Source of the DNA: Obrimoposthia wandeli
Lineage: Eukaryota
Assembly: GCA_977020255.1 (NCBI GenBank)
Contig: CDROCS010004653.1
Span: 1 to 64,000, forward strand
Length of the DNA: 64,000 nt
Direction: 5' to 3'
The notes below the pieces were generated by a model. That model was not told where the DNA came from and searched no databases. It saw only the letters and a list, made by a program, of their open reading frames with translations. The position numbers and the translations under genes were made by a program. Shown piece after piece: positions 49,702-59,334 of this stretch. How positions within the stretch are numbered: position 1 is the stretch's first letter; each line of letters starts with the position of its first letter.

Positions 49702-51090
49702 ATGCAAATAGCCAAAGAACACCTCGATGTAGCCGCGTTTAAGCAAGCTGCTGCACAGTATTTAGTTAACCATCCTAACACTGAGCGTTTAGAGCTATTA
49801 TTTGTCGATCTCAATGGTATTTTACGCGGTAAATGGCTACCTGTTTCTTCATTGCTGAAATTAGCTGAAGGCGCTTTTCGCCTGCCTAGATCTGTTTGCT
49901 ATGCTGATATTTGGAGCGATGATGTCACGCAACTTGGCCTAGGCATACAAGTCGGCGATCCCGATGGAATATGTTTACCATTAGTTGAAACTCTCGCACC
50001 TGTTCCTTGGGCAAAAGTACCCACCGCGCAAATGATGCTCACCATGCTTGATCAAGATGATATGCAACCTTGCCAATATGCACCTCGAGTAGTATTAGAA
50101 AAACAGCTAAGAGCCCTTAAAGCACAAGGTTTTACGCCCGTTGTCGCCACTGAGTTAGAGTTTTACTTTATTGATCCTCAACTTGTTAATTCGCAGCCAC
50201 AAAGACCTGTGAATGCAGATGGTAGAAGGCTCGATGAAGATCAACAGTATTCAATGGAGCTACTAGAGCAATTTGAAGAGGTACTGCAAGATATTTTAAG
50301 CACCGCTGCCATACAAAAATTACCGGTAGATACCACGATTGCCGAGTGTGGCCCCGGCCAGTTTGAAATTAACTTATTACATCAAAACGATGCTTTGTTA
50401 GCTGCTGACCAAGCTATTTTGCTCAAGCGCTTAATTAAGCAAGTTGCGCGAAAGCACCACTTAAGAGCTAGCTTCATGCCCAAGCCCTACGCCATAGAAA
50501 TGGGTAATGGAATGCACGTACACGCCAGCTTAAACAACGCGCAAGGTGAAAATATTTTTGCCAGCGAAAACGGCGAAATACACCCAACACTTGCCAAATC
50601 AGTAGCCGGTTTACTGCACAGCATGAAAGACACACAACTGATTTACGCACCACATGCCAACTCATACCGACGCTTCATTCCAGGGTGTTTCGCACCCGTA
50701 AGCCCTTGCTGGGGTTATGATCACCGCGCTGCAGCCGTGCGTGTGCCGGCTATTTCAGGTGCTCCGGCTAGGCTTGAACATCGCGTATCTGGTGCGGACG
50801 CTAATCCTTATTTAGTGATATCAGCGGTACTTGCGGGGATGCGCTACGGGCTCAACGAGGCCCTAACACTAGCTGAACCTTTAAATAGCGAAACAGATTT
50901 AACACAGCTAATCCCAATGACGCGGCACTGGGCAATTGCCATTGAACAGCTGCAGAACTCTGAATTTATGACAAACTATTTTGGCGCAGAGTTTAAACGC
51001 GTGTACAGTGGCATCAAAAGCCATGAAGAGCTGGCATTTGCCAACACTATCACCGCTTTTGAATGCGATACTTACTTACTAAAAGTGTAA
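49702..51090 (+). CDS. Second glutamine synthetase-like gamma-glutamyl ligase
   Basis: DLNGILRGK, ELEFY, ECGPGQFEIN, GNGMHVH, NSYRRF and RLEHR motifs. Confidence 0.9.
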   Translation: MQIAKEHLDVAAFKQAAAQYLVNHPNTERLELLFVDLNGILRGKWLPVSSLLKLAEGAFRLPRSVCYADIWSDDVTQLGLGIQVGDPDGICLPLVETLAPVPWAKVPTAQMMLTMLDQDDMQPCQYAPRVVLEKQLRALKAQGFTPVVATELEFYFIDPQLVNSQPQRPVNADGRRLDEDQQYSMELLEQFEEVLQDILSTAAIQKLPVDTTIAECGPGQFEINLLHQNDALLAADQAILLKRLIKQVARKHHLRASFMPKPYAIEMGNGMHVHASLNNAQGENIFASENGEIHPTLAKSVAGLLHSMKDTQLIYAPHANSYRRFIPGCFAPVSPCWGYDHRAAAVRVPAISGAPARLEHRVSGADANPYLVISAVLAGMRYGLNEALTLAEPLNSETDLTQLIPMTRHWAIAIEQLQNSEFMTNYFGAEFKRVYSGIKSHEELAFANTITAFECDTYLLKV

Positions 51091-51123
51091 AAATAGTCAT
51101 AGCTTTGCGCCCTGCTAACACTT

Positions 51124-51915
51124 GTGCGCAATTGTTTTATTAAGGTGAAAATATTGAAAACCATCACGATAGGCATTTTAGAAACTGGATTGCCGCCAGA
51201 GGAATATCGTCAGCAACACGGCAGCTATCCTGACATGTTTAGCCAACTGTTAGCCAATAGCGATCAGCATCTTAAATTTCAATACTTCCATGTTTTAGAT
51301 GACGACATACCGGCTGGTCCAACGCAGTGCGATGCTTGGCTAATTACCGGCTCTAAGTTTGGTGTTTATGAAGATCACAGCTGGATACCTAAGCTAGAAA
51401 CATTAATTCAACACGCTTATGCACAAGATGTACCGGTAGTGGGTATTTGTTTTGGTCATCAGCTAGTTGCACAGGCTTTGGGTGGAAAAGTAATTAAATC
51501 TGATAAGGGCTGGAGCCTAGGTGTTAGTGAATACCAAATTGATGCCACACCTGGCTGGATGAATAGTTCGAACGATAGCGCTGAAATAACTAGCCCTAAC
51601 AACTTTTCAATTCAAGCTTATCATCAAGATCAAGTGGTGAAATTACCTGCTGATACCCAAGTATTAGCTAGCTCTGATTTCTGCCCGTTTGCCGCACTTA
51701 ACTTCAATGACCGTGCGATCTCTTTTCAAGGTCATCCTGAATTCGCCGCTGACTATACGAAAAAACTACTGACTAATCGCCGCGATTTAAAACTACTGCC
51801 TTTCGAATTGAGCAGCAAGGCAATTGACGAAATAGAAGCGCCTATCCAACGCCAGCAAGTTGCAGATTGGATCTGTAATTTTTTACGCTATAAACTTACT
51901 GATATTAACGCCTGA
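51124..51915 (+). CDS. Class I glutamine amidotransferase-like protein (putative gamma-glutamyl hydrolase)
   Basis: LITGS, GICFGHQ nucleophile and QGHPEF triad motifs; no synthase partner adjacent. Confidence 0.85.
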   Translation: MRNCFIKVKILKTITIGILETGLPPEEYRQQHGSYPDMFSQLLANSDQHLKFQYFHVLDDDIPAGPTQCDAWLITGSKFGVYEDHSWIPKLETLIQHAYAQDVPVVGICFGHQLVAQALGGKVIKSDKGWSLGVSEYQIDATPGWMNSSNDSAEITSPNNFSIQAYHQDQVVKLPADTQVLASSDFCPFAALNFNDRAISFQGHPEFAADYTKKLLTNRRDLKLLPFELSSKAIDEIEAPIQRQQVADWICNFLRYKLTDINA

Positions 51916-52261
51916 ATTTAAGCTGCTAGTTAAGCGCGATTGTGTTGATTAATAGCGCTTATGTTACATACCCCCTTTACTGGCTTATAGTCGAGTAATA
52001 AGATGCATATTCAACACATCTACAGGCATAAACTCAGCTATTCTAACCCTTATACAGAAAAAAAGTATCGTACTGGATGCAATCTGAATTCATTGCAAGG
52101 TATGTTTTGAGTAGTAAAGTTGCATACTATAAGTCTGTATAATAGTCTGATTATCAAAAGCAGGTGAATACAGTTAACGGCAAAAGCGAACATCCTAGGT
52201 ATAAGAATATCCACTTTTCGAAACTACTTTTTTTGCACGGTTTCCCGCTCCGCGTTAAGGT

Positions 52262-52633
52262 TTAGACAGAAAAAACTATTTTATTTTTATCTAAGTCTCT
52301 CGCATATGCAGAAAATTTAGGCCCTCGTTGTTTTGGCTCTCCTTCACAAGTACCACCCAACTCAATAACCTTTTTATGAAGCCTTTTTACTTCTTCGATT
52401 GAGCCAACATTTAAACCAATCATGGTTCCATTTCCATTAGTAGCAGGCTCCTCATTAAAGGGGATAGCTATTGCAAATGCAAAATCTTCACACTGCCAGA
52501 AGGTCATTCTTTCAGTTGATAATACTTGGTTAAGTTCTGTTTGTTCGAAAAGTGAATCATAGAATTTAATCGATGCTCCCATGTTATTTGTTCCAAGAAC
52601 GCAATAGTCCATTTTCATAGTTAAATATCTCAT
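52262..52633 (-). CDS. VOC/glyoxalase family protein
   Basis: LGTNN, PATNGNGTMIGL, GGTCEGEP and AYARDLDKNK motifs. Confidence 0.9.
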   Translation of the reverse strand: MRYLTMKMDYCVLGTNNMGASIKFYDSLFEQTELNQVLSTERMTFWQCEDFAFAIAIPFNEEPATNGNGTMIGLNVGSIEEVKRLHKKVIELGGTCEGEPKQRGPKFSAYARDLDKNKIVFSV

Positions 52634-52720
52634 AAGTTAAGCAGGGTTTAGGCAAAGTTTATTGTTAGCAATGGTCAATGCCTTAATACTGGTCAGAGTT
52701 GTTATTATGTTAGACTGCTG

Positions 52721-52735
52721 TGACAGTTTCTGTCA
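52721..52735. promoter_or_regulatory. Candidate YafY/WYL regulator site
   Basis: Palindrome TGACAG-TTT-CTGTCA 10 bp upstream of the WYL gene start and upstream of the divergent VOC gene. Confidence 0.6.
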
Positions 52736-52745
52736 GGGTTGATTA

Positions 52746-53423
52746 ATGCGCACAACTAGATTGTTTTCCATATTAGATGAACTACGCTCTAGGCGATTAC
52801 CGGTCTCAGCAGAAGTCCTCGCTGAATTACTTAATGTGTCGGTTCGTACCATCTATCGCGATATGGTGACGCTCCAAACAATGGGAGCTCCTGTTCGAGG
52901 CGAAAGCGGGTTGGGATTTCAGATAGAAGCTGGAACTTTTCTACCGCCTTTACACTTCGCACCCGATGAGCTAGATGCCATACTCATTGGTATGCGCATG
53001 CTCCAGTCACGTGCTGATACAAAACTTGCCGACGCGGCCTCACGGGCACTTAACAAAATTGGGGCAGTGCTTCCTGATCATTATGATCACCTATTTCTAG
53101 ATTCCCCACTACTGGTTCATTCACCAGCATCCAATAAACAGCCACTTCAAGGAGATATATTGAGCGAGCTGTGTGAAGTTATAAGGAATAAGGAGCGGAT
53201 TGAAATAAATTATGTGGATGGTAATGGCGGCGAAACCAATCGGCATGTCAGACCGCTAGGCGTAGTCTGTTTTGATTCCATTTGGTTATTTATAGCTTGG
53301 TGCGATTTAAAACATGATTTTCGTAACTTTAGAGTGAATAGAGTACGAGCAATTTCGAGAACGGGTGAAATATTCAAAGACCAACCAGGAGAAGGGTTTA
53401 AAGACTATATACGCTCATTTTAA
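52746..53423 (+). CDS. YafY-family HTH-WYL transcriptional regulator
   Basis: VSVRTIYRDMVTL, RHVRPLG, WLFIAWCDLKHDFRNFRVNR motifs. Confidence 0.93.
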   Translation: MRTTRLFSILDELRSRRLPVSAEVLAELLNVSVRTIYRDMVTLQTMGAPVRGESGLGFQIEAGTFLPPLHFAPDELDAILIGMRMLQSRADTKLADAASRALNKIGAVLPDHYDHLFLDSPLLVHSPASNKQPLQGDILSELCEVIRNKERIEINYVDGNGGETNRHVRPLGVVCFDSIWLFIAWCDLKHDFRNFRVNRVRAISRTGEIFKDQPGEGFKDYIRSF

Positions 53424-53633
53424 CCAAAAATTTTATATCTTTACGCCCTATCGTTTGCGACATAACAACACTGAAATACGCAATTGCTCTATATTGTAGT
53501 GATTGAGCAGATACATCGTTATTTTAAAGTTCCAAATAACTCACGCCAGCTTACTTGTGGGGCCGTAAAAAAAACATGATGAACCCCAGATACTATTTTT
53601 GGCATGATTTGTTTTACCAATCTGCTTATACAA

Positions 53634-54425
53634 TCAAACTAGCCGCGCATTGAGCTTGGAAAATATACTGTTATTTGCAACCATTACTCTATTACCATTT
53701 TGTAGCGCGCCATCAGATAAAAACTCACTACAACTAGCACCTGCTTCTGCGGCAATTAGCCAGCCTGCACAAGCATCCCAGCTATTAAGGTGTGCTTCGT
53801 AGTAGCCATCAATTTCGCCATTGGCTATTTGCGCCAGCGTTAAAGCCGCTGAGCCAAAGCGTCGATAATCTATCCCCTGCTCATAAAGATATTCTATAGT
53901 CGCTATATACTGTTTGAAGCTACTGCGATTAGAACGCCCTATACCTAACACTATTTTATCTGCACTCACATCTAGTAAGTTGCTGAGTGTTTTACCGTTT
54001 AAAGTAGCGCCTTGATCTTTTAGCGCTAAGTACATTTCATTTTTATCTGGTGCAAAAATACAGCCTAATAAAATGTCATTATTGCGGACTAAAGCAATGG
54101 ATATGCACCAATAATCCATGCCTTTCATGTAGTTGGTTGTGCCATCTATTGGGTCAATTACCCATGTTAGATCGCTGGCATCTTCATTCGTGCCCTCACT
54201 TGCCCCCTTACCCAGCTCTTCGCCAAAAACAGCATCTGTTGGATAATGCTTTAATAACTGCGTTTTTATTAACTGCTCAACGGCAACATCAGCTTGTGTC
54301 ACAAAATCTTGTATACCTTTGGCATCAATACTCAATCCTTGATTACGCTGTTGTTGCGCTAGCTCACCAGCCATTTTTGCTACATTTATTGCCACATCGC
54401 CGCGCTCGGCCAAATTAAGCTTCAT
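53634..54425 (-). CDS. Inositol monophosphatase (FIG) family protein
   Basis: DFVTQAD, GEE, WVIDPIDGTTNY, RFGSAA and WDACAG motifs; start 54425 has an AGGAG RBS (ORF track 54488). Confidence 0.92.
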   Translation of the reverse strand: MKLNLAERGDVAINVAKMAGELAQQQRNQGLSIDAKGIQDFVTQADVAVEQLIKTQLLKHYPTDAVFGEELGKGASEGTNEDASDLTWVIDPIDGTTNYMKGMDYWCISIALVRNNDILLGCIFAPDKNEMYLALKDQGATLNGKTLSNLLDVSADKIVLGIGRSNRSSFKQYIATIEYLYEQGIDYRRFGSAALTLAQIANGEIDGYYEAHLNSWDACAGWLIAAEAGASCSEFLSDGALQNGNRVMVANNSIFSKLNARLV

Positions 54426-54461
54426 TTTTTCTCCTAGATTTATCATAAAAGCCCCCACAGC

Positions 54462-54595
54462 AAGCCTTCTCGCTAAGCTCGCCTTCACTGTGTGAAGCGT
54501 AGTAGTGTGTTACTGCAAAGGGAATAACATTCGCTCCAAGGAGCAGGGCATTAACCCTTGGATAATTTAGGCTGCGCCTAATTCATCTCTAATAA
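54462..54595 (-). repeat. Intergenic hairpin repeat family 3, long copy
   Basis: Same two blocks as 41781-41866 plus about 47 extra nt containing small hairpins (e.g. GCTCC-AA-GGAGC). Confidence 0.7.
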
Positions 54596-54686
54596 ATAAC
54601 GATGGCGATTAAGGTAGTAACTAAGACAGTAACTAAATAGCCTTCATTCTCAAACAACTAGCCCAAGCATACCCTTTACGTTGCAC

Positions 54687-55718
54687 CTAACTGCGTCGTC
54701 TAACAGTGCTTCGCGTTATTAACTCTACCGCGATATCTTCAACCACTTGTACTTTTGAATTATCTGCAGCGCGCTGCTTTAATAATTCTAATGCTTGGCG
54801 GGCAATGCCTGCTGCATCTTGCCTGATAGTGGTTAGTTGATAACTTTCAAATTCAGCGACAGGAATATCATCAAAGCCAACAATACAAAAATCTTCTGGG
54901 GCTTTTAAGTTGTATGCACTTCTAGCCCCATCAATAAAACCACAGGCCAGTAAATCATTTGCACAAAAAATGCCATCGTATTTACAGCCATCAGCAAATA
55001 CTTTTTTAGCGACGTTAACGCCCCCTTCATAGCGCGGATACTGTGCCACTATTTGCTCAAAACTGACCCGGCTATCCACAATATCTTGCGCGATTGCTTT
55101 AAGAAAAGCCGCACCACGTGCCGAAGATGAATAGGTATCGTTTTCAACATTTAAATAAGCAATGTTTTTACAGTTAGCATCCAAAAGGCATTTCGCGGCT
55201 AATTCTGCACCCATTGAGTTATCCGATTTCACCACATCAGCATTGGCTAAATCTGTTTCGCGGTTGATAACTACCACAGGAATTTCACAGCGCACGCATT
55301 CTTTAGCAAATTCAGCAGGCGGTCTTCCAGATGTGATGATCACCCCTGACACTCTAAACTGAATGAACTTTTGCAGGGTTTGCTCTAAATCTTCAGCGCT
55401 TTCAACCTCTGTCACTAATGCTTGGAAGCCCGCTAATTGAATTTGCTTAATCAAGTGCTCTAACAGCAAGCTACGAAACGGATCACGAATCGTGGTTGTT
55501 ACTAATCCGACCAAATCACTGCGCTGCCTGTTTAAGCTTTGCGCCAAAATATTTACTTGGTAGCCAAGTGTTTTAGCGGCGTCTAATACTTTTTGACGCG
55601 TAGCGGGAGCAACACTGCCTCGCTTGGAAAACGTGCGAGACACCGCCGCTCTTGACACTCCAGCCAAATCAGCAACATCTTGGGCAGTTATACTTTTTGC
55701 TTTATTTTTCACTGTCAC
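54687..55718 (-). CDS. LacI-family regulator
   Basis: ITAQDVADLAGVSRAAVSR HTH, FCANDLLA, IVGFDDI and LTTIRQ motifs. Confidence 0.95.
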   Translation of the reverse strand: MTVKNKAKSITAQDVADLAGVSRAAVSRTFSKRGSVAPATRQKVLDAAKTLGYQVNILAQSLNRQRSDLVGLVTTTIRDPFRSLLLEHLIKQIQLAGFQALVTEVESAEDLEQTLQKFIQFRVSGVIITSGRPPAEFAKECVRCEIPVVVINRETDLANADVVKSDNSMGAELAAKCLLDANCKNIAYLNVENDTYSSSARGAAFLKAIAQDIVDSRVSFEQIVAQYPRYEGGVNVAKKVFADGCKYDGIFCANDLLACGFIDGARSAYNLKAPEDFCIVGFDDIPVAEFESYQLTTIRQDAAGIARQALELLKQRAADNSKVQVVEDIAVELITRSTVRRRS

Positions 55719-55757
55719 TCAATCATTGGTTATTCATAAAAAGATAGCATACAGCAA

Positions 55758-55772
55758 TGTACACGAGTTCAT
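55758..55772. promoter_or_regulatory. Candidate LacI operator 1
   Basis: TGTACACGAGTTCAT; CG-centred pseudo-palindrome repeated at 55948. Confidence 0.65.
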
Positions 55773-55947
55773 TATGATCAAATCGTCATAATACTGCAAT
55801 ATTAGATCGCTATAATAATATTGACATTCACACACTACAAACATTAAACGTTAATAAACAAATAGTTAAATATTAAAAAATATAGATAACGACATGTTAA
55901 TAATTTATATCTTATAATTATTAGTAATTATATATTGACGATAACAG

Positions 55948-55962
55948 TGTACACGTGTTCAT
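55948..55962. promoter_or_regulatory. Candidate LacI operator 2
   Basis: TGTACACGTGTTCAT, 14/15 identical to operator 1, upstream of the SBP gene. Confidence 0.65.
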
Positions 55963-56046
55963 ATATGTCAGGTAAATAATATGATTAAACCGCCATAAAA
56001 ACGGCGGTAACGTGTACCTAGTTTTAACAGCTATTGGAGGCTGAAA

Positions 56047-57300
56047 ATGATAAAAGCAATAAATAAACTACAGGTCCTAAAAAAATCTCTAACAGCAGCT
56101 GCTGTTGCTATAGCAGTGCTAAGTACTAGCGTTGCCGCTAAAGATTTAGTGATTGCTGCTCGTGATGGCATTTATGGTGCTGCGATGGAACAAACCATTG
56201 CCAAGTACAACCAAAGCAACCCAGATGTAAAAGTAGAATTATTAAAACTGCCTTACGCTAATTTGTATGAAAAACTAGTTATTTCCCTAAAAGGAAACGC
56301 CAGTTCATACGATTTAGTATTACTAGATGATACTTGGGCAACTGAGTTCATGAAGAACGATTGGTTAAAAGAACTAAAAGATGTGAAGGCTGATTTCGTA
56401 CCTGCTGCATTGAATATCTCAAAATATCCAATCAACACCGGCAAGCTATACTCTGTTCCTCTTGTAGGTAATGTTGAGATGATGGCTTATCGCGCTGACT
56501 TACTGAAAAAGCACGGCTTTGACGGATTAAACAGCTGGACCGAAGTGGTTAAAGCGGCTAAAACAATCAACGAAAATGAAAGTGATGTTGCAGGTATCGT
56601 TTTTCGCGGCGCTAAAGGCAACCCTATCGTGACCGGTTTCTTACCTATTTTCTGGGCTAACGGTGGCGAAATTGTTGATAGTGAAGGCAATGTAACGCTT
56701 AACTCAGAAGCGGGTCAGAAAGCGTTAGATCAATTCTTAAGCTTAAAGCCTTTAGCACCTAAAGGCGTTGAAATTTATAACTCAACTGAAGTTCGCGATG
56801 CTATTCAACAAGGTAAAGCGGCGATAGCGATTGAAGTATGGCCATCATGGGTACCTTCAATGGATGACCCTGCTAAGTCTAAAGTAGTTGGAAAAATGAC
56901 TATCACCGCAGCACCTGGTGAAGTAAAAGGCCCTGCGCCTATGCTAGGCATTTGGCAGTTAGGTATTACTAAAGATTCTAAAAACGCTGACACTGCACGT
57001 GAATTCTTAGATTTCATGACTTCAGCTGAAAACCAAAAAGCACTCGCTTTAGATCTAGGTTTACCGCCTACTCGCTCATCTGTTTATACCGATGCCGATG
57101 TGGTTAGTAAGTACCGCTGGTATCCAGCACAACTTAAAGCATTAGAAAACGGTAAGCCACGTCCTAGAATTAAGAAGTGGAAGCAAGTTGAAACCGTTTT
57201 AGGTGATTACTTACAGCTAGCACTTGTTGGCCAAATGCCTGCTAAGCAAGCTTTAAAGTTAGCGGCAAAGGATATTACTCGCGCTTTACGTAAGAAGTAA
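56047..57300 (+). CDS. CUT1 carbohydrate ABC substrate-binding protein
   Basis: Signal peptide, YDLVLLDDTW, MMAYRADLL and LGIWQLGI motifs. Confidence 0.9.
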   Translation: MIKAINKLQVLKKSLTAAAVAIAVLSTSVAAKDLVIAARDGIYGAAMEQTIAKYNQSNPDVKVELLKLPYANLYEKLVISLKGNASSYDLVLLDDTWATEFMKNDWLKELKDVKADFVPAALNISKYPINTGKLYSVPLVGNVEMMAYRADLLKKHGFDGLNSWTEVVKAAKTINENESDVAGIVFRGAKGNPIVTGFLPIFWANGGEIVDSEGNVTLNSEAGQKALDQFLSLKPLAPKGVEIYNSTEVRDAIQQGKAAIAIEVWPSWVPSMDDPAKSKVVGKMTITAAPGEVKGPAPMLGIWQLGITKDSKNADTAREFLDFMTSAENQKALALDLGLPPTRSSVYTDADVVSKYRWYPAQLKALENGKPRPRIKKWKQVETVLGDYLQLALVGQMPAKQALKLAAKDITRALRKK

Positions 57301-57485
57301 AAATCATAAATACCCGCGGTGCTTTTCATTAAATTAGTGATTAGCACCACTTTTCAATCTACTACAACGCTGCAAATTATTTTTTATTTAGTCGCCAGTT
57401 ATTAACACCATTATCAAAGCGCACTTTTTAGTTATTCGTTTTTAACGATAGCTTTGGATATGTACCGTTATCGAGATTTAACACC

Positions 57486-58355
57486 ATGATTTTCTCTAAT
57501 AAAAAACACCTACTAATGCTGCTATTCCCCGCATTATTAGTATTATGCATTTTTGCTATTTACCCCGTTATACAAGTGACTGTTTTCTCTTTTATGGAGG
57601 TAGATTTTAATACTGATGAAAGTCATTTCGTCGGCTTACAAAATTACCGAGACCTGTTAGACGACTGGTTTTTCACCACCAGCATTAGCAATACCGTAAA
57701 GTTCTCGCTAATAGCTTCTGTGGTACAAGTTTCCTTAGGTTTGTTACTGGCTATTCTTTTTAATCGCAATTTTCCCGGCAAACGCTTTGCACTTCCCGTC
57801 ATTATTTACCCAATGATGTTGTCGACCTTAGTGTGTTCTGCCATTTGGCGCTCTTGGTATCACTACGATTTTGGCATGCTAAACCATTGGTTAACCGGCT
57901 TAGGTATGAGCCCTGTTGAATGGTTATTTAACCCGAGCATAGCGCTTTACTCCGTCATATTAGTTGATGTATGGCAGTGGACACCGATGACGTTTTTGAT
58001 CGTACTAGCAGGTTTACAGTCAATTCCACAAGATATTTCAGAAGCAGCGCGCACTGATGGTGCTAACGAATTTCAAATCCTATTTTTCATCACACTGCCT
58101 ATGATCAAAGGGCATATCATGCTGGCATTGCTGCTGCGTACTTTAGATACCTTTAAGCTATTCGATAAAGTATATGCACTGACCGGCGGTGGCCCAGGCA
58201 ACTCCACCGAAACGATGTCAGTATTTGTGTATCGCAACGGCTTCAAGTTTTTCGAAATTGGATTAGCCTCAGCTGCCTCTGTTTTCATGCTCGTTATCGC
58301 TTGTTCTTTAAGTATTCTCTATGCCAGTAAGATTTTGGGAGAGCAAAACAAATGA
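57486..58355 (+). CDS. Carbohydrate ABC permease
   Basis: HFVGLQNY, DVWQWTP and EAARTDGA (EAA loop) motifs. Confidence 0.93.
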   Translation: MIFSNKKHLLMLLFPALLVLCIFAIYPVIQVTVFSFMEVDFNTDESHFVGLQNYRDLLDDWFFTTSISNTVKFSLIASVVQVSLGLLLAILFNRNFPGKRFALPVIIYPMMLSTLVCSAIWRSWYHYDFGMLNHWLTGLGMSPVEWLFNPSIALYSVILVDVWQWTPMTFLIVLAGLQSIPQDISEAARTDGANEFQILFFITLPMIKGHIMLALLLRTLDTFKLFDKVYALTGGGPGNSTETMSVFVYRNGFKFFEIGLASAASVFMLVIACSLSILYASKILGEQNK

Positions 58356-59221
58356 ATCAATTATGTCATTCTAAGCCTGTAAATACCGGCTTGCCACTAC
58401 TCAAGCTCACCAAAAACGGCTTGTTTTTTGCAGCGCTACTATTGAGTATTGCCTTTTTTATCACCCCTGTGTTGTGGATGTTAGCTACCGCGTTTAAAGA
58501 GCCTGGCGAATATGTATCTAGCACTCCTAGCTTTTTCCCTACCACACTAACGCTACAACATTTTGAAAGTTTGATTGACGATGGCTTCTTACAGCGTTTA
58601 GGTAACACGGTATATGTGGCATTTGGCGCGACCGTCACCTCAATATTTTTAGGGTTTATGGCCGCTTATGCACTAGTGCGGTTTCAATTCCCTGCACGCT
58701 TAGACATTGCCTTTCTATTACTAGTATTAATAGTAAAGCTAATGCCGCCGATTGTTGTGGCGATTCCGCTTTACGGATTGCTCACTGATATCGGCTTATT
58801 AGATTCACTGTTCGGTTTAATCTTGGTGTATCAACTTTACACACTACCCTTTTGTATATGGATGCTATTGGGATTCGTGCGCGATGTTCCCTTAGAAATA
58901 GAAGAAGCCGCCGCCTTAGATAACGCCAATATAGGTGAGCGCTTATGGTACATCGTATTACCGTTATGTAAGCCTGGGTTAGTCGCCACAAGTATCTTCA
59001 CATTGATTTTATGCTGGAATGAATTTCCGTTTGCGCTGCTGTTTTTACAAAAGCCGAGCACTTTCACCTTGCCTTTATATATTTCAAACTTCATCACCGA
59101 AAATGAAACATTCTGGGGTGAGTTAATGGCGATCGGCTTACTTTCATCTATCCCAGTATTGCTTTTCGCAGGCTTCATTCAAAAGCATTTAATTCGTGGT
59201 TTCTCGATGGGTTTAAAATAG
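58352..59221 (+). CDS. Carbohydrate ABC permease
   Basis: EIEEAAALDNA EAA loop and WNEFPFA motif. Confidence 0.93.
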   Translation: MNQLCHSKPVNTGLPLLKLTKNGLFFAALLLSIAFFITPVLWMLATAFKEPGEYVSSTPSFFPTTLTLQHFESLIDDGFLQRLGNTVYVAFGATVTSIFLGFMAAYALVRFQFPARLDIAFLLLVLIVKLMPPIVVAIPLYGLLTDIGLLDSLFGLILVYQLYTLPFCIWMLLGFVRDVPLEIEEAAALDNANIGERLWYIVLPLCKPGLVATSIFTLILCWNEFPFALLFLQKPSTFTLPLYISNFITENETFWGELMAIGLLSSIPVLLFAGFIQKHLIRGFSMGLK

Positions 59222-59334
59222 CTCATCGCTGGCAAAGTATTATCTCCAGTCATTAAAACCAGAACCACGACAACCTATAAACGACAGCTAGAGTAGGTGT
59301 TAACTACTTCTCTAGCTTGCAGAAGGACAAAGAC

